In this document: in pieces, positions 51,275 to 60,909 of the stretch
How positions within the stretch are numbered: the first letter of the stretch is position 1
Layout of the letters: each line of letters begins with the position of its first letter
The notes under the pieces: generated by a model
Database searches by the model: none
Told to the model about the DNA's origin: nothing
Seen by the model: only the letters and a program-made list of their open reading frames with translations
NCBI GenBank assembly: GCA_965246875.1
Contig: CBDFFU010000006.1
Coordinates: 512,235-576,234 of the forward strand
Origin: Alphaproteobacteria bacterium
GTDB taxonomy: Bacteria > Pseudomonadota > Alphaproteobacteria > Micavibrionales > SZUA-601
Direction: 5' to 3'
Length of the DNA stretch: 64,000 bases
Translations under genes and position numbers: made by a program

Positions 51275-51736
51275 TTAAGCTGGCAAAACTTTGGCAACAG
51301 ACTCCGCGGCATTGGCGCGGCGTAATGGGTCGAGGAAATGCTTGGTGCGTTTGAACGCATCCTGACGGCTGTCTGCGTTTTGCACTGCAATAGCGTTTTT
51401 GTTAGCTTCAAACTGTTCTGCAGCCATTGGCGTCCATTTTTTATGCTGGCGCAATTGTTGATGCCGTTTGTGCAGTTTTTCGAAAGGCGAATTGTCACTT
51501 GCAATAAAATCGACGCTGTATTTGACCACAGGCGATAACGCAAATCCCAGTCCAACCCCAATTGCCAGGCCAGTCCAGCCTTTTCCGGCAAAGACACCAA
51601 GAAGTGCGCCATACCATGTGTTGGCATAGGCGGCCCCTGCCATGTCATCGGAAAATTGAATGGCTTGGGAGGTGATATTGTGCCAATGGCGCGCAGGAGC
51701 TTGAATTAAAGCTTTATCGATAAGGGTATCCATCAT
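51275..51736 (-). CDS. Hypothetical glycine-zipper membrane protein
   Basis: 153 aa. WYGALLGVFAGKGWTGLAIGVGLGFAL is a Gly-zipper TM pair, followed by a basic helical tail. Confidence 0.5.
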   Translation of the reverse strand: MMDTLIDKALIQAPARHWHNITSQAIQFSDDMAGAAYANTWYGALLGVFAGKGWTGLAIGVGLGFALSPVVKYSVDFIASDNSPFEKLHKRHQQLRQHKKWTPMAAEQFEANKNAIAVQNADSRQDAFKRTKHFLDPLRRANAAESVAKVLPA

Positions 51737-51890
51737 GATCTTTCAGAAAAATGGTCTGAAACGGCATGCTATAAATTTCATGTCGCTTTTAATAACCATA
51801 TTATTAAATATGTCTCATCTGTCAACATCCTGTTCATTGACGGCAGGCTGACATTGCGGTTTGATTAAACTACGTTTTCAGGATTAACCC

Positions 51891-53285
51891 ATGCCCAAAA
51901 CCGCCACCACCGCATTCGACAAAATCGCTCTTGACGTTATCGACACGTGGCTGGCCTACCGCATCCGGCACACCGATTTGCCCGGCGTGCAAATTTGCAT
52001 TCGCAAAAAGGGTACGGTGATTTTCTCCAAAGCCTATGGCGTGGCCAATACAAAAACCAAACGTGCATTGAAAACAACCGATCTGTTCCACATCGCGTCA
52101 CATTCCAAAATGTTCACCTCCTGTGCATTGCTGATGTTGCAAGAGCAGGAACGTTTGAATATTGCCGATAAAATCGTCACTTACATTCCCGAACTGCGCC
52201 AACATGCAGACAAACGTTTTAAAGACATCACGATCCGCGATTTGCTGTCGAACCGCTCGGGCATTTTCCGTGACGGTGTCGATTGCGAATTCTGGCGCCT
52301 GCAAAAACCGTTTTTGAACAAAAAGCGATTGCTGGATGAGGTCCTGTCTACCGACCTGATTTATGAGCCGAACACCCATACAAAATATTCCAATATCGGC
52401 CATTCATTACTCGGGCTGATTATTGAACAGGTCACAGGCCAATCGTATGCCGATGCATTAAATGACTTGGTTTTAAGAAAATTAAAAACTAAAAATCTGC
52501 TGCCCGATTATCGCACCGATACCAAACACAGTTTTGCCGATGGTCACAGTCGTCCTTACAACAATCAGCCACGTCAGACATTCAAACACGCTGCTGCCGC
52601 TGCGATGGCATCAGCAACGGGATTTTGTGGCACAGCAGGAGATACCAGTTTGTTTCTCTATCAGTTTCTCTATGGAACACAATTGATTTCAAAAGCCAGT
52701 CAAAAAGAATTGATGAATTTGTTGTGGCCTATTCAAAACAGCAAGACCGAAACATATGGTTTAGGCTTAGACGTCGAAAACGATAAGGACAGTGTATACA
52801 TGGGGCATGGCGGTGGTTACCCCGGCTATACCACGCAAACACACTCTGTTAAAGATACAGATTTTATCATCAGTGCATTCATCCATACGAATGTAGGATT
52901 CAGTATGGATATCATAAAATTCTGCTCGTCGCTTTTCAAGAAAATGGACAGTTATTTTAAAGAAAAAAAACCAAAAAATATCACGATTAGCCCGATCATG
53001 TTGAATAATTGGAACAGTCAATTGTATGTATTGGGCAAAGACAAAGCCTTGCGTTTTGATCTCGACAGCTGGAACCCGCTATCCAGCGTTGCGGAACTGA
53101 CAGCGAAAGGTAAAAATATATATCTGGATGAGAAGGAAAAGGGCTATAATTATCCGGGGGAACACAAGGTCTTGTTTTATGATGCAACGAAGAAAATCAA
53201 ATCTATTAAAGTTGGCGGCTCATCAATTGCGACAGAACAGGATTTCTTGAAAAAGACCTTGCCGAAAATGTTGGCGCGCGATTGA
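51891..53285 (+). CDS. Serine hydrolase, beta-lactamase/PBP4*-like family
   Basis: SxxK motif (IASHSKMF), YxN motif (KYSNIG), HGGGYPG. It has an extra C-terminal domain of about 120 aa. Confidence 0.8.
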   Translation: MPKTATTAFDKIALDVIDTWLAYRIRHTDLPGVQICIRKKGTVIFSKAYGVANTKTKRALKTTDLFHIASHSKMFTSCALLMLQEQERLNIADKIVTYIPELRQHADKRFKDITIRDLLSNRSGIFRDGVDCEFWRLQKPFLNKKRLLDEVLSTDLIYEPNTHTKYSNIGHSLLGLIIEQVTGQSYADALNDLVLRKLKTKNLLPDYRTDTKHSFADGHSRPYNNQPRQTFKHAAAAAMASATGFCGTAGDTSLFLYQFLYGTQLISKASQKELMNLLWPIQNSKTETYGLGLDVENDKDSVYMGHGGGYPGYTTQTHSVKDTDFIISAFIHTNVGFSMDIIKFCSSLFKKMDSYFKEKKPKNITISPIMLNNWNSQLYVLGKDKALRFDLDSWNPLSSVAELTAKGKNIYLDEKEKGYNYPGEHKVLFYDATKKIKSIKVGGSSIATEQDFLKKTLPKMLARD

Positions 53286-53420
53286 TCGGCATATTACACT
53301 TATATGTTCCTTATATGTTTTTTGGAAACCTCTATCGTAAAGCTATGAGCATGGCGGCACAGTGGTGACAATTATCCAACCCATATAGGCTGGATTTAAC
53401 CACCAAAAAGAAAGATTCCC

Positions 53421-54545
53421 ATGCCATTTTTTCCGCGCGCCGCAATGACCTTGACGGCGATAGCTTTGACAACAGGCGCAATTGCCGCTTGTTCCCATCA
53501 ATCTTATCAAACGGATATGACGTCATCGACGTCTTCATCCTCCACGCATTATAATAGCCAGCAAATGGCGATGGCGACACCGGATGCGGACATGCAGAAA
53601 GTGCTGGATGCACAAGCAAGCCTCAAGCCAAAGCCGATTGAAACATTAACAGCAGCACAAGCCCGTTTGCAGCCAACACCGGCTGACGGCGTCAAAAAAA
53701 TCATGCGCCAGATGGGCAAAAACCCGAATGCTTCAATGGGCATTATGACTAAAAACATCATGGTTAGCGGCGGTGCCGGCACTATTCCGGCGCGTTTGTA
53801 TTGGCCAAAAGACGCCAAGAAATCGGATAAACCGTTACCGGTTGTGGTGTATTATCACGGCGGTGGCTGGGTCATTGCCACCAATGATACCTATGATGCA
53901 ACGCCACGTTCACTGTCAAAACAATTGAACGCCTTGGTAGTATCTGTTGAATACCGCAAAGCACCCGAGCATAAGTTTCCGGCAGCCCACGATGACGCCT
54001 TTGCTGTATATAAATGGACACTGAAAAATGCTGGTAAATATCATGGTAATAGCGGCAAAATTGCGCTAGTTGGTGAATCCGCTGGTGGCAATTTAGCGAT
54101 CAACACGGCGATCAAAGCCCGTGATGCCGGTATCCAGATGCCGGGTTATGAAGCATTGATTTATCCGGTTGCAGGTGTTGACATGAATACGCCATCCTAC
54201 ATCGAAAATGCCAATGCCAAGCCATTGAACAAGGCGATGATGGGTTGGTTTGTCAAAAACACAATCCGCACACCGGCGGATAAAACAGACCCGCGTCTGG
54301 ATATTGTCGGTCGTGCTGATCTGCGTGATTTGCCGCCAACAACCATAATTACTGCGCAAATTGATCCATTGCGCAGCGATGGTGAAATGCTGGCCGATAA
54401 GCTGGCAAAAGCGGGCGTGCCGGTTGAGTATGAATCTTATAATGGTGTGACACATGAATTTTTTGGCATGGCACCACTGGTGGGAAATGCGAAAGATGCA
54501 CAGTTCATCGTTGTACGTGATTTGACGAAAGCATTGGATTTATAA
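53421..54545 (+). CDS. Alpha/beta hydrolase, HSL-type esterase/lipase lipoprotein
   Basis: Lipobox TGAIAAC. HGGGW oxyanion motif, GESAGGN nucleophile elbow, and D...H at the C-terminus. Confidence 0.85.
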   Translation: MPFFPRAAMTLTAIALTTGAIAACSHQSYQTDMTSSTSSSSTHYNSQQMAMATPDADMQKVLDAQASLKPKPIETLTAAQARLQPTPADGVKKIMRQMGKNPNASMGIMTKNIMVSGGAGTIPARLYWPKDAKKSDKPLPVVVYYHGGGWVIATNDTYDATPRSLSKQLNALVVSVEYRKAPEHKFPAAHDDAFAVYKWTLKNAGKYHGNSGKIALVGESAGGNLAINTAIKARDAGIQMPGYEALIYPVAGVDMNTPSYIENANAKPLNKAMMGWFVKNTIRTPADKTDPRLDIVGRADLRDLPPTTIITAQIDPLRSDGEMLADKLAKAGVPVEYESYNGVTHEFFGMAPLVGNAKDAQFIVVRDLTKALDL

Positions 54546-54564
54546 ACCAGATCGAAGGTGAAAT

Positions 54565-54594
54565 AAAAAGGGAGCTTAAAAGCTCCCTTTTTTG
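54565..54594. terminator. Bidirectional rho-independent terminator
   Basis: AAAAA GGGAGCT taaa AGCTCCC TTTTTT, lying between convergent genes. Confidence 0.75.
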
Positions 54595-54598
54595 TATG

Positions 54599-55105
54599 CT
54601 ATTTCAATTCCGGTTTTTGCGGCGGTGTGCCATTCCAGCTCATAGGTGCTATAACGGAAATCGATGTCGTTGGTGAGCCTTCAATAATCCGCGTTGTGCG
54701 GGCTACGTAAATCAAACTGCCATTTTTCGTGTCATACAAACGGTCAATCTGCAATGATTTAAAAATCAGCGACCGGCTTTCGTCGAACACTTCGGCGCCA
54801 TTATCATCGGCATCAATCTTGCCTTTAAAGACAATCGGACCGGTTTGTGAACAGGACACGCTGGCAATGGACGGGTCCTCGGCTAAACCAACAGCCCCTT
54901 TCAAGCCGCCTGTTTTTGGCCGCGCCACGTAACAGGTAACGCCGCTGATTTGCGGGTCATCGAATGCCGTGATCAGAATTTTATGGTTTGGGCCAATCAG
55001 TTTGAACCCAGTACTCACCGCGCCAATATCGCGTGAATCGTCCGCATGAACAGACATCGGCAGGGCCACAGACATCAGCATTAATAAAACAAACAACTGC
55101 ATCAT
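54599..55105 (-). CDS. creA: CreA-family periplasmic protein
   Basis: IGAVSTGFKLIGPNHKILITAFDDPQISGVTCYVARPKTGGLKGAVGLAEDPS...LIFKSLQIDRLYD closely parallels E. coli CreA as I recall it. Confidence 0.85.
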   Translation of the reverse strand: MMQLFVLLMLMSVALPMSVHADDSRDIGAVSTGFKLIGPNHKILITAFDDPQISGVTCYVARPKTGGLKGAVGLAEDPSIASVSCSQTGPIVFKGKIDADDNGAEVFDESRSLIFKSLQIDRLYDTKNGSLIYVARTTRIIEGSPTTSISVIAPMSWNGTPPQKPELK

Positions 55106-55173
55106 TTACCTCATATAGTGTGGGATATATCTCACTCAGGCATAACGTGTTCCCGGATACTGTCAAGCGACAG

Positions 55174-55707
55174 TTATGTGGCTGCTGTAAAGTCAAATCC
55201 GGCGGCGTGACTCCATGGGCCGCCTTGATAATGCCACAGATCAAGACCAATAGCGTGCATAGTGTATGACTCAAATTCAGCCGACAGCTTGGCATACAAA
55301 TCTTTTGCCACATCAGCACGCACTTTGTTTTGGACGGTGATATGCGGCACAAAATGATTTTTGCGATCTTGGGGAGCCAGCATGTCATCCCACGCAGACG
55401 CCAATTCCTGAAGCAATAGAAGAGCGTCTGGCGCTTCAACCCGGTAAGCAACGCCCGCACCAAAAAACAATAACTGGTCGGTCTGCATGTTGAAAATCAT
55501 ACGCTTTGCCGCAATCGTATTTAAAGTATTCATGATCCTGACCAATGAAGTGCCAGGTAATTTATGAAACAACGTGATATGCGCCGTCAAAAAATTCCGC
55601 TCAGGCGGAAAATAACTTTGCCGCAATGCCGTAAAGTGAGTTGCAGCAGCATCATTCATGCGCAGTGTGAGGATAAGTGGAGCAATAGAATCGTCAGTTG
55701 TATGCAT
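55174..55707 (-). CDS. 2H phosphoesterase (2'-5' RNA ligase/LigT-like)
   Basis: Two H-x-T-x motifs, HITLFHK and HITVQNK. Confidence 0.7.
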   Translation of the reverse strand: MHTTDDSIAPLILTLRMNDAAATHFTALRQSYFPPERNFLTAHITLFHKLPGTSLVRIMNTLNTIAAKRMIFNMQTDQLLFFGAGVAYRVEAPDALLLLQELASAWDDMLAPQDRKNHFVPHITVQNKVRADVAKDLYAKLSAEFESYTMHAIGLDLWHYQGGPWSHAAGFDFTAAT

Positions 55708-55743
55708 CGGTTTTTAACAGCAGACAAAATCGAAGTAAAAAGT

Positions 55744-55820
55744 TGGTGGGCCCGGCCAGACTTGAACTGGCGACCAGACCGTTATGAGCGGCCGGCTCTA
55801 ACCAACTGAGCTACAGGCCC
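55744..55820 (-). tRNA. tRNA with CAT anticodon (elongator Met, or more likely Ile2/lysidine type)
   Basis: 77-nt cloverleaf on the minus strand. Acceptor GGGCCTG/CGGGCCC (G1-C72, so not an initiator), loop CT-CAT-AA. The variable/T-arm sequence TGGTCGCCAGTTCAAGTCTGGC resembles E. coli ileX. Confidence 0.88.
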
Positions 55821-55942
55821 GTAACCGTGGTCGATACAGGTTAACCTTATAACGGTGATATAAGGTTAAGGAAAGGGGTTTTAAAGGACTTGGCTGTTAG
55901 CTAACAGGCCGGTAGAATAGCTACTAAACCAAAGAGACGCCC

Positions 55943-57121
55943 GTGAATTCGATTCAGCATCAACCTTTTCCTGCCTTGCTCAATAAACAGGGCCAGCCAG
56001 CAACCATCTTGCAAGTGATCCCCAGCCTGAAATCCGGCGGGGCGGAGCGGTCGTGTATTGATGTCGCGGAGGGCATCACCAAAGCGGGTGGCAAGGCCAT
56101 CATCGTCAGTTCCGGTGGCCGGTGGGTCGGTGAACTGGCACGCTTTCCAAACGCCATGCACATTCAACTGCCCGTCCACAGTAAAAACCCGCTGCATATC
56201 TGGCGCAACAAAAATATTCTCGCGAAGCTGATCCGTGAATATAATGTCGATATCATTCACGCCCGTTCACGCGCGCCGGCCTGGTCGGCTTATTTCGCCG
56301 CGAAAAAAACCGGCATTCCGTTTATTACGACATTTCATGCCGCCTATAAATTCAGCAGCAGCCTCAAGAAAAAATACAATGCGGTGATGGCCAAAGGTGT
56401 CCGCGTCATCGCCATATCACATTACATTGCACAGCATATCTGGGATAATTACGGTGTCGAAACCAAGGATATCCGCATCATCCATCGCGGTACGCCACTG
56501 GAGAAATTCAACCCGCTGTTCATTCACCCGGAGCGGATGATTAAACTGGCGCGAGCCTGGGGCCTGCCGGAAGACAAAGCCTTGATCCTGATGCCCAGCC
56601 GCTTGACGCGGATCAAGGGGCATCATGTCTTAATCGAAGCCCTGGCAAAACTGCAGCGACGCGACTGGTTTTGTGTGATTTGCGGCGCAGAAACCAGCAA
56701 TCATGTGTATCAGGAAGAGTTGACCGACCTGATCCGCGCGCACGGCCTGGAAGAGCAAATCCGCATTGTCGGGCATCTGGACGATGTCCCGGCCGCGATG
56801 CGCCTGGCACAGATTACAGTGGCCCCCAGCATTGTCCCTGAAGGCTTTGGCCGCATGCCGGTGGAGGCCCAGGCGGTCGGTTGCCCGGTGGTCATCAGTA
56901 AAATCGGCGGTACGCCGGAAACAGTGCTGGACGGTGAAACTGGTATTCTAGTCGCCCCTGACGATGCTGACGATCTGGCCCGCGGCATCGAGACGGTGTT
57001 GAATATGACCGAAGATGAACGCAACCAGATGGCTGTGAAAGCTATGAATTTTGTACAAACCCATTTTAGCAAGGACGAAATGCAGGGCAAAACACTGGAT
57101 GTGTACCGCGAAGTGTTGTGA
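55943..57121 (+). CDS. GT4-family glycosyltransferase
   Basis: GTG start. SLKSGGAERS at the N-terminus. C-terminal VAPSIVPEGFGRMPVEAQAVGCPVV....GG..E.V..G.TG is an E-x7-E type motif. Confidence 0.8.
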   Translation: MNSIQHQPFPALLNKQGQPATILQVIPSLKSGGAERSCIDVAEGITKAGGKAIIVSSGGRWVGELARFPNAMHIQLPVHSKNPLHIWRNKNILAKLIREYNVDIIHARSRAPAWSAYFAAKKTGIPFITTFHAAYKFSSSLKKKYNAVMAKGVRVIAISHYIAQHIWDNYGVETKDIRIIHRGTPLEKFNPLFIHPERMIKLARAWGLPEDKALILMPSRLTRIKGHHVLIEALAKLQRRDWFCVICGAETSNHVYQEELTDLIRAHGLEEQIRIVGHLDDVPAAMRLAQITVAPSIVPEGFGRMPVEAQAVGCPVVISKIGGTPETVLDGETGILVAPDDADDLARGIETVLNMTEDERNQMAVKAMNFVQTHFSKDEMQGKTLDVYREVL

Positions 57122-57192
57122 CGCGCCGCACCATAAACAGTGCTTAAGATCTTAATGCTTTTCCAGACTGTTCAGGCTATACTCCATTCATT

Positions 57193-58254
57193 ATGACCGA
57201 CACGTCCAATTCCTTTACAATCCTGTCCAATGCCCGTGCTGTGCCTGTTACAGAGCCGCACTGTGACGCCGCAATGACGCCGCATCACGACCCGCTGGCC
57301 CGAAAGCAGGAGCTGACACAGCTACGCCATCCGGGCAAGGCGCGTAAACCCGATAATCCGGTACAGCGCACGAAGCCGGACTGGATCCGTGCCAAGGCAC
57401 CTGTCAGCGAAGGCTATAAGGCCACGCATCAGATCATGCGCAATCTGAATTTGACGACCGTGTGTGAAGAGGCAGCCTGTCCGAATATCGGCGAGTGCTG
57501 GTCAAAGAGCCATGCCACCTTCATGATCATGGGCGGTACCTGTACACGCGCCTGTTCGTTTTGCAATATTGCGACCGGCAAACCGGATGCACTCGACCGG
57601 TTTGAACCGCAACGTGTGGCTGTGGCCGTGATGGAATTGGGCCTCAAACATGTCGTCATTACCTCTGTCGACCGTGACGATTTGGAGGATGGCGGGGCTG
57701 AGCATTTCGTGCAAACCATCACGCGCATTCGTAATATGGCGCCGAACACCACGATTGAAATTCTGACACCGGATTTCCGCCGCAAGGAAGCGTCGATTGA
57801 TACAGTCGCAAAGGCACGCCCGGATGTGTTTAATCACAATCTGGAAACCGTGCCGCGTCTTTATATGTCGGTGCGGCCGGGCGCGCGTTATTTCTCAAGC
57901 CTGCGCCTCCTGCAGCGTGTGAAAGAAATCGATCCGACGATTTTCACAAAGTCGGGTATCATGGTGGGCTTAGGTGAAACGAAAGAGGAGGTGCGCCAGG
58001 TGATGGACGACATGCGTGCTGCCGATGTCGATTTTCTGACGATCGGGCAATACCTGCAACCGACACCGAAACATGCCGCCGTCGACCGGTTCGTACACCC
58101 AGATGAATTTAAAGAATATGAATCCATGGCACGCGCCAAGGGATTTTTGTTGGTCTCTGCTACACCGATGACGCGTTCCAGCTATCACGCCGACGATGAT
58201 TTCAACCGCCTCCGCGCCGCGCGCGAAGCCCAAATGGGTGTTGCGGCGGAGTGA
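57193..58254 (+). CDS. lipA: Lipoyl synthase
   Basis: [43 protein letters not shown]. The true start may be the Met at 57274. Confidence 0.93.
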   Translation: MTDTSNSFTILSNARAVPVTEPHCDAAMTPHHDPLARKQELTQLRHPGKARKPDNPVQRTKPDWIRAKAPVSEGYKATHQIMRNLNLTTVCEEAACPNIGECWSKSHATFMIMGGTCTRACSFCNIATGKPDALDRFEPQRVAVAVMELGLKHVVITSVDRDDLEDGGAEHFVQTITRIRNMAPNTTIEILTPDFRRKEASIDTVAKARPDVFNHNLETVPRLYMSVRPGARYFSSLRLLQRVKEIDPTIFTKSGIMVGLGETKEEVRQVMDDMRAADVDFLTIGQYLQPTPKHAAVDRFVHPDEFKEYESMARAKGFLLVSATPMTRSSYHADDDFNRLRAAREAQMGVAAE

Positions 58255-58388
58255 CCCGAAGGGTCACAGAACACAAAGCGCGCAGCGTTTCCTATAAGGT
58301 GAGCCAGGATATCACTTCAGGTCGATGCATTGAGATCATGGGTATCCGTTTCGCTTCTCCCGAGATGACGCTAAAAAGAAAGAAAAAT

Positions 58389-58946
58389 ATGAAACTGTAT
58401 AACGTCGTCTCTGCTTTTATAGGTGATGTGGACAACAACATCCTGTTGATCAAACAACTCAAACCGCATCGCGCCGATGAAAAATTTGATCAAGGTGATG
58501 AGGATGATTTTTACTGGATGATCCCGGGCGGCAAAATGGACCCCGGTGAAACGCGCGAGGAATCCTTGGTGCGGGAAATTCGGGAAGAAACCGGTTTGAC
58601 CGCATTGGCACCTTATGAACTGGTCAGCCGTTGCCAATACACGACGCTCAGCGGCGATTCACGCGCTGATGTTTACACTTATAAAATTAGCAACTGGCAA
58701 GGCGATATTCATGTCGACGACCCCTGCCGGCGCGTGATCGAGGCGAAATTTTTTCCACTGGCCGACGCCATTGCCAAGATCGATCTCATTGAATGGCGTT
58801 GTATGCGGGAACCTTTGCTGACCTATCTGCACAATGATCACACTACACAGGAATGGCACTACCAGTCACAAGCCGATGGCACTTATAAACCTGTGACGAA
58901 AGAGGATTATGCTTGCTTGATTGCAACAGCTGTTGCCAACGCGTGA
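58389..58946 (+). CDS. NUDIX hydrolase
   Basis: Nudix box GGKMDPGETREESLVREIREETGL. Start set at MKLYNVV (58389); the tracked ORF begins inside lipA. Confidence 0.7.
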   Translation: MKLYNVVSAFIGDVDNNILLIKQLKPHRADEKFDQGDEDDFYWMIPGGKMDPGETREESLVREIREETGLTALAPYELVSRCQYTTLSGDSRADVYTYKISNWQGDIHVDDPCRRVIEAKFFPLADAIAKIDLIEWRCMREPLLTYLHNDHTTQEWHYQSQADGTYKPVTKEDYACLIATAVANA

Positions 58947-59010
58947 TCCAGTAAAATATTGACATATATTTCCAGAACGATACACTGGGCGCTTGCTAGG
59001 AGCCTAAGCC

Positions 59011-59646
59011 ATGAATTCACTTACACTTTTTGATACGCAACCTATGCAGTGGCAGGGCGAAACCATCTATGGCCGGACATACAATTTGCCAGACGGTGTG
59101 CAAGCGGTTGTCGGCTATAGTAAGGCCGGCGTCAACCTGTTTCATCGCTTACAATTGCCCGGTGGCTTAGTAGCGCGAAAAAAATGGGTTGGCCATGGTC
59201 AAGTGGATAGTTTTGTACACACTGTCGCCGTTGCTCCTTTGAAATATCAAGCGACCTGGGATGGAGCTGGCCGGTTGAAACAGGAAGAGTTTCGCGCCGA
59301 GGGCGAAGCACCGTTGCTGCTTGATTATCTTCGCTATTACAACGGCGCGCATCTTGAGTTGACCCAAGCGGACGGTGAAAAAACCAGATACATGAAGCGG
59401 CCGAATATTGACGGCGCAACAGCGGATGAAGTGTTAAAGGTCGCATCAAACGCTCAAGCAACCATGGCGGCCAAACCAACTGAAGGTGTCGCAATCATCA
59501 GCGACGGCATTCAAACAGACATGCTGGTGCACACCGCGAACGGTACATCTTACACGCTGCGCTTTAATGAGGCAGCACGCCAAGTTAACATGCGCACATC
59601 AGGGAACAAACCTTGGCAAGTTCTGGACCCAGTGCCGCGTCCTTAA
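59011..59646 (+). CDS. Hypothetical protein
   Basis: 211-aa ORF with AGGAG 8 nt upstream. No motif recognised. Confidence 0.45.
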   Translation: MNSLTLFDTQPMQWQGETIYGRTYNLPDGVQAVVGYSKAGVNLFHRLQLPGGLVARKKWVGHGQVDSFVHTVAVAPLKYQATWDGAGRLKQEEFRAEGEAPLLLDYLRYYNGAHLELTQADGEKTRYMKRPNIDGATADEVLKVASNAQATMAAKPTEGVAIISDGIQTDMLVHTANGTSYTLRFNEAARQVNMRTSGNKPWQVLDPVPRP

Positions 59647-59667
59647 AATGTTTCACGTGAAACATTT
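59646..59667. repeat. Perfect 22-bp palindrome between convergent genes
   Basis: AAATGTTTCAC|GTGAAACATTT. CACGTGAAA recurs at 59678-59686. GGCCTTTTT follows the palindrome. Confidence 0.6.
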
Positions 59668-59710
59668 GGCCTTTTTACACGTGAAATCAATTGTTTATAG
59701 GAATATAGTC

Positions 59711-60909
59711 CTAAGACAAAATGGGCTTTTTGCGGCCATACAGCAGGTAACCGAGCAGTAAACTGGCAGCCAGGACAAAGCTTCCCACGCTTAACAGTTG
59801 GGCTGGGAAGAGATAGTGCGGCGGGACGCCGGCCATGAAGCCGAGGAATTGGGTTACGGCGACGGATAGTAAAGCATCGGTGAAATTGACGATGGAGCCA
59901 CAACTGGCACGCACGTTGGATGGTGTCACATGTTGCAAGACGACGCCCAAGCGGATCAACCACAGTTGATAGACAGCCAAAGCAAATAATAAGCAGCATG
60001 CCGACATGAAACCGTAATTGCCGCTGAAACCAATGACGAGGAAAGCTGCGATCAAAAAGCCAAATGTGAACAGCCAACGCCATTGATCGTGACGCCAGCG
60101 TGCGGAGAAAAAGCTGCCCACGCACAACGCAAGACTGCATCCGGCCACAAAGACGGTCGTTAATGTTGGGGACAGCGACCAATCTTTTGCCAGCAACGTA
60201 CGGTACTCAAAGAACATATACACGAACCCAAAGCTGCAGCTATACAGCCCGATCCAGGCAATACGCGGTTGATCGCGCATAGCGTATATGCTGTCGCGGC
60301 ATTGTTGGAGGAACGAAATATGATGGTCAGGTTTGATGCGGCCCACCTCTGGCATGCGATAGAGCATGATAAAACTTAAGATACGCACGGCCACACTGCA
60401 CAAAATAATAATCGACCAACCGAATTCGTGATAAATCCAGATACCGGCGGCCGACAAGGTAACGCCGGCCCATTGTGCGATTTTAGCATAGCTGCGCACG
60501 CGACCAAAATATTCGGTACCATCATAATGCGCCAGTTCGTCATACATATAAGCGTCATACGTTCCGGAATACATCGTTGACCGTAATGACCACAGCACTA
60601 AGCCAATACCAAACCCGATGATATTTGGGAATAATCCCATCAAGGCAAAACCGGTGATGCATAAAATTCTGCCTGCAACAGCACTTTACGTCGCGAGAAT
60701 TGATCGGCCCAGATACCGGATGGAATTTCAAACACAAAGCCAGTCAGATAATAAATCGACAAAAGCAAGCTGATCATCGTCGGTGCAAAACCGAAATCAT
60801 TCATCGCCAGAATATATATCGGAAATAGCAGAACGACCGTGCTAAAGAATTGCTGCAAAATAAACAGACGCGCGATGGGGCGAATAGGAGCAGGGAAGGT
60901 TTGGGGCAT
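59711..60909 (-). pseudogene. MFS transporter split by a frameshift
   Basis: The N-terminal ORF (60640-60909) ends ...SGIWADQFSRRKVLLQAEFYASPVLP* just after MFS motif A. The second frame reads ...AGRILCITGFALMGLFPNIIGFGIGL... through to 59711. The junction lies near 60655-60690. Confidence 0.6.

Noticed and set aside
54981-55463. 160-aa minus-strand ORF spanning the creA/2H-phosphoesterase junction, and 59643-60182 (-) within the MFS gene
   Set aside because: They overlap better-supported genes in other frames and have no motifs.
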